From: Candidatus Eiseniibacteriota bacterium
Lineage (GTDB): Bacteria; Eisenbacteria; RBG-16-71-46; CAVPCR01
Length of the DNA: 64,000 nt
Direction of reading: 5' to 3'
Assembly: GCA_963702435.1 (NCBI GenBank)
Contig: CAVPCR010000001.1
Location: 768,001 to 832,000, forward strand
Shown here: positions 63,299-64,000 of the stretch, piece by piece
Layout: each line of letters starts with the position of its first letter
How positions within the stretch are numbered: position 1 is the first letter of the stretch
Notes under the pieces: generated by a model
Told to the model about the DNA's origin: nothing
Seen by the model: the letters and a program-made list of their open reading frames with translations, nothing else
Database searches by the model: none
Position numbers and translations under genes: made by a program

Positions 63299-63505
63299 CT
63301 TCGCGGCCGACGGGCTGCCAGGAGGCTGCTGCAAAACCCTTCTCGCGGGCGGCACGCAGCGCCGCGGGCGAGGAAACATGCGGCGACCGGTTCGGCGTCC
63401 ACCGGCGGGCACTTTCGGCAGCCTCCGATCCGGTGATCTCCTTGCCGGCCGGAGAGGATTACCGTCGCCCGTCCCACACGCCGCCGTCCGGCATCGATTC
63501 ACCGG

Positions 63506-63534
63506 TTGCCCCTCTGCGCGCCTGTCCATAGAAT
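63506..63534 (+). promoter_or_regulatory. sigma70 promoter of arginase
   Basis: TTGCCC-17 nt-TAGAAT. Confidence 0.55.
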
Positions 63535-63592
63535 GTCGCAGAATGCCGTCTCGTCACGCCCTCGGTCAACGGAACGGAGATCCTTGCCGGCC

Positions 63593-64000
63593 ATGAGTGG
63601 GACCCGCACTCCCCCCATCGATCTGATCGGTGTCCCGCTCGACCTCGGCGCGGGTCGCCGCGGCGTCGACATGGGTCCCTCGGCCTTCCGCCTCACCGGC
63701 CTCGCCGACCGCCTGACGGCGCTCGGCCACATCGTGACCGATCGCGGCGATCTCCGGGTCCCCATTCCCGAGGGCCTCGACCCCGGTGATCCACGCCAGC
63801 GCTTCATCGCCGAGATCGCGGACGCCTGCCGCACCCTGGCCGAGATGACCGCCGCGAGCGTGGCCGCCGGCCGTTTCCCGATCACCCTCGGCGGCGATCA
63901 TTCGCTCGCCGCCGGCTCGATCCCCGGTGTTGCGCGCGCGCTCCGCGCCCGTGGCGAGGAGCTGGCCGTCGTCTGGGTGGACGCGCACGCCGACATGAAC
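63593..64000 (+). CDS. rocF: Arginase (truncated by window edge)
   Basis: Manual translation: IGVPLDLGAGRRGVDMGPSAFR...LGGDHSLA...WVDAHADMN. Confidence 0.92.
   Translation, partial: MSGTRTPPIDLIGVPLDLGAGRRGVDMGPSAFRLTGLADRLTALGHIVTDRGDLRVPIPEGLDPGDPRQRFIAEIADACRTLAEMTAASVAAGRFPITLGGDHSLAAGSIPGVARALRARGEELAVVWVDAHADMN

Noticed and set aside
63196..63477. 93-aa Cys-containing ORF ending at the metH start
   Set aside because: No clear RBS or family motif, and it spans the predicted metH promoter
63200..63500. SAM-I, SAH or cobalamin riboswitch upstream of metH
   Set aside because: No recognisable consensus by eye, and the predicted promoter leaves only a ~65-nt leader; an Rfam scan would be decisive

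Overview
Very GC-rich bacterial chromosomal segment with about 50 genes. No rRNA, tRNA, CRISPR array or mobile element was detected. Four secreted proteins end in a FlgD-Ig/T9SS-like sorting tail and one ends in a short TWGxxK tail, which suggests an FCB-related lineage such as Ca. Eisenbacteria/Krumholzibacteria/Latescibacteria (inference only). Housekeeping and metabolic genes: class II photolyase, AlaX, DusB, sdhCAB, tldD/tldE, sirtuin, aspartate aminotransferase-pckA, HU, metH and arginase. The most notable loci are: (i) a six-gene operon encoding PspA/ESCRT-III, a membrane-anchored substrate-binding-OmpA fusion, a NitT/TauT-type ABC permease and ATPase, a TM/coiled-coil protein and a classic-clade AAA+ ATPase; (ii) divergent from it, an atypical DUF692/MNIO enzyme and partner with no visible precursor peptide; (iii) a sigma54-type promoter driving a single-domain receiver and a K/R-rich histone H1-like repeat protein; (iv) a Rieske/cytochrome b complex flanked by 5-heme and 9-heme cytochromes c; (v) a TldD with a Tat signal. 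Scattered single-base frameshifts (sirtuin, FAD oxidoreductase, gingipain-like gene, TM protein, metH) look like assembly indel errors. All calls come from motif recognition by eye; no database searches were run.
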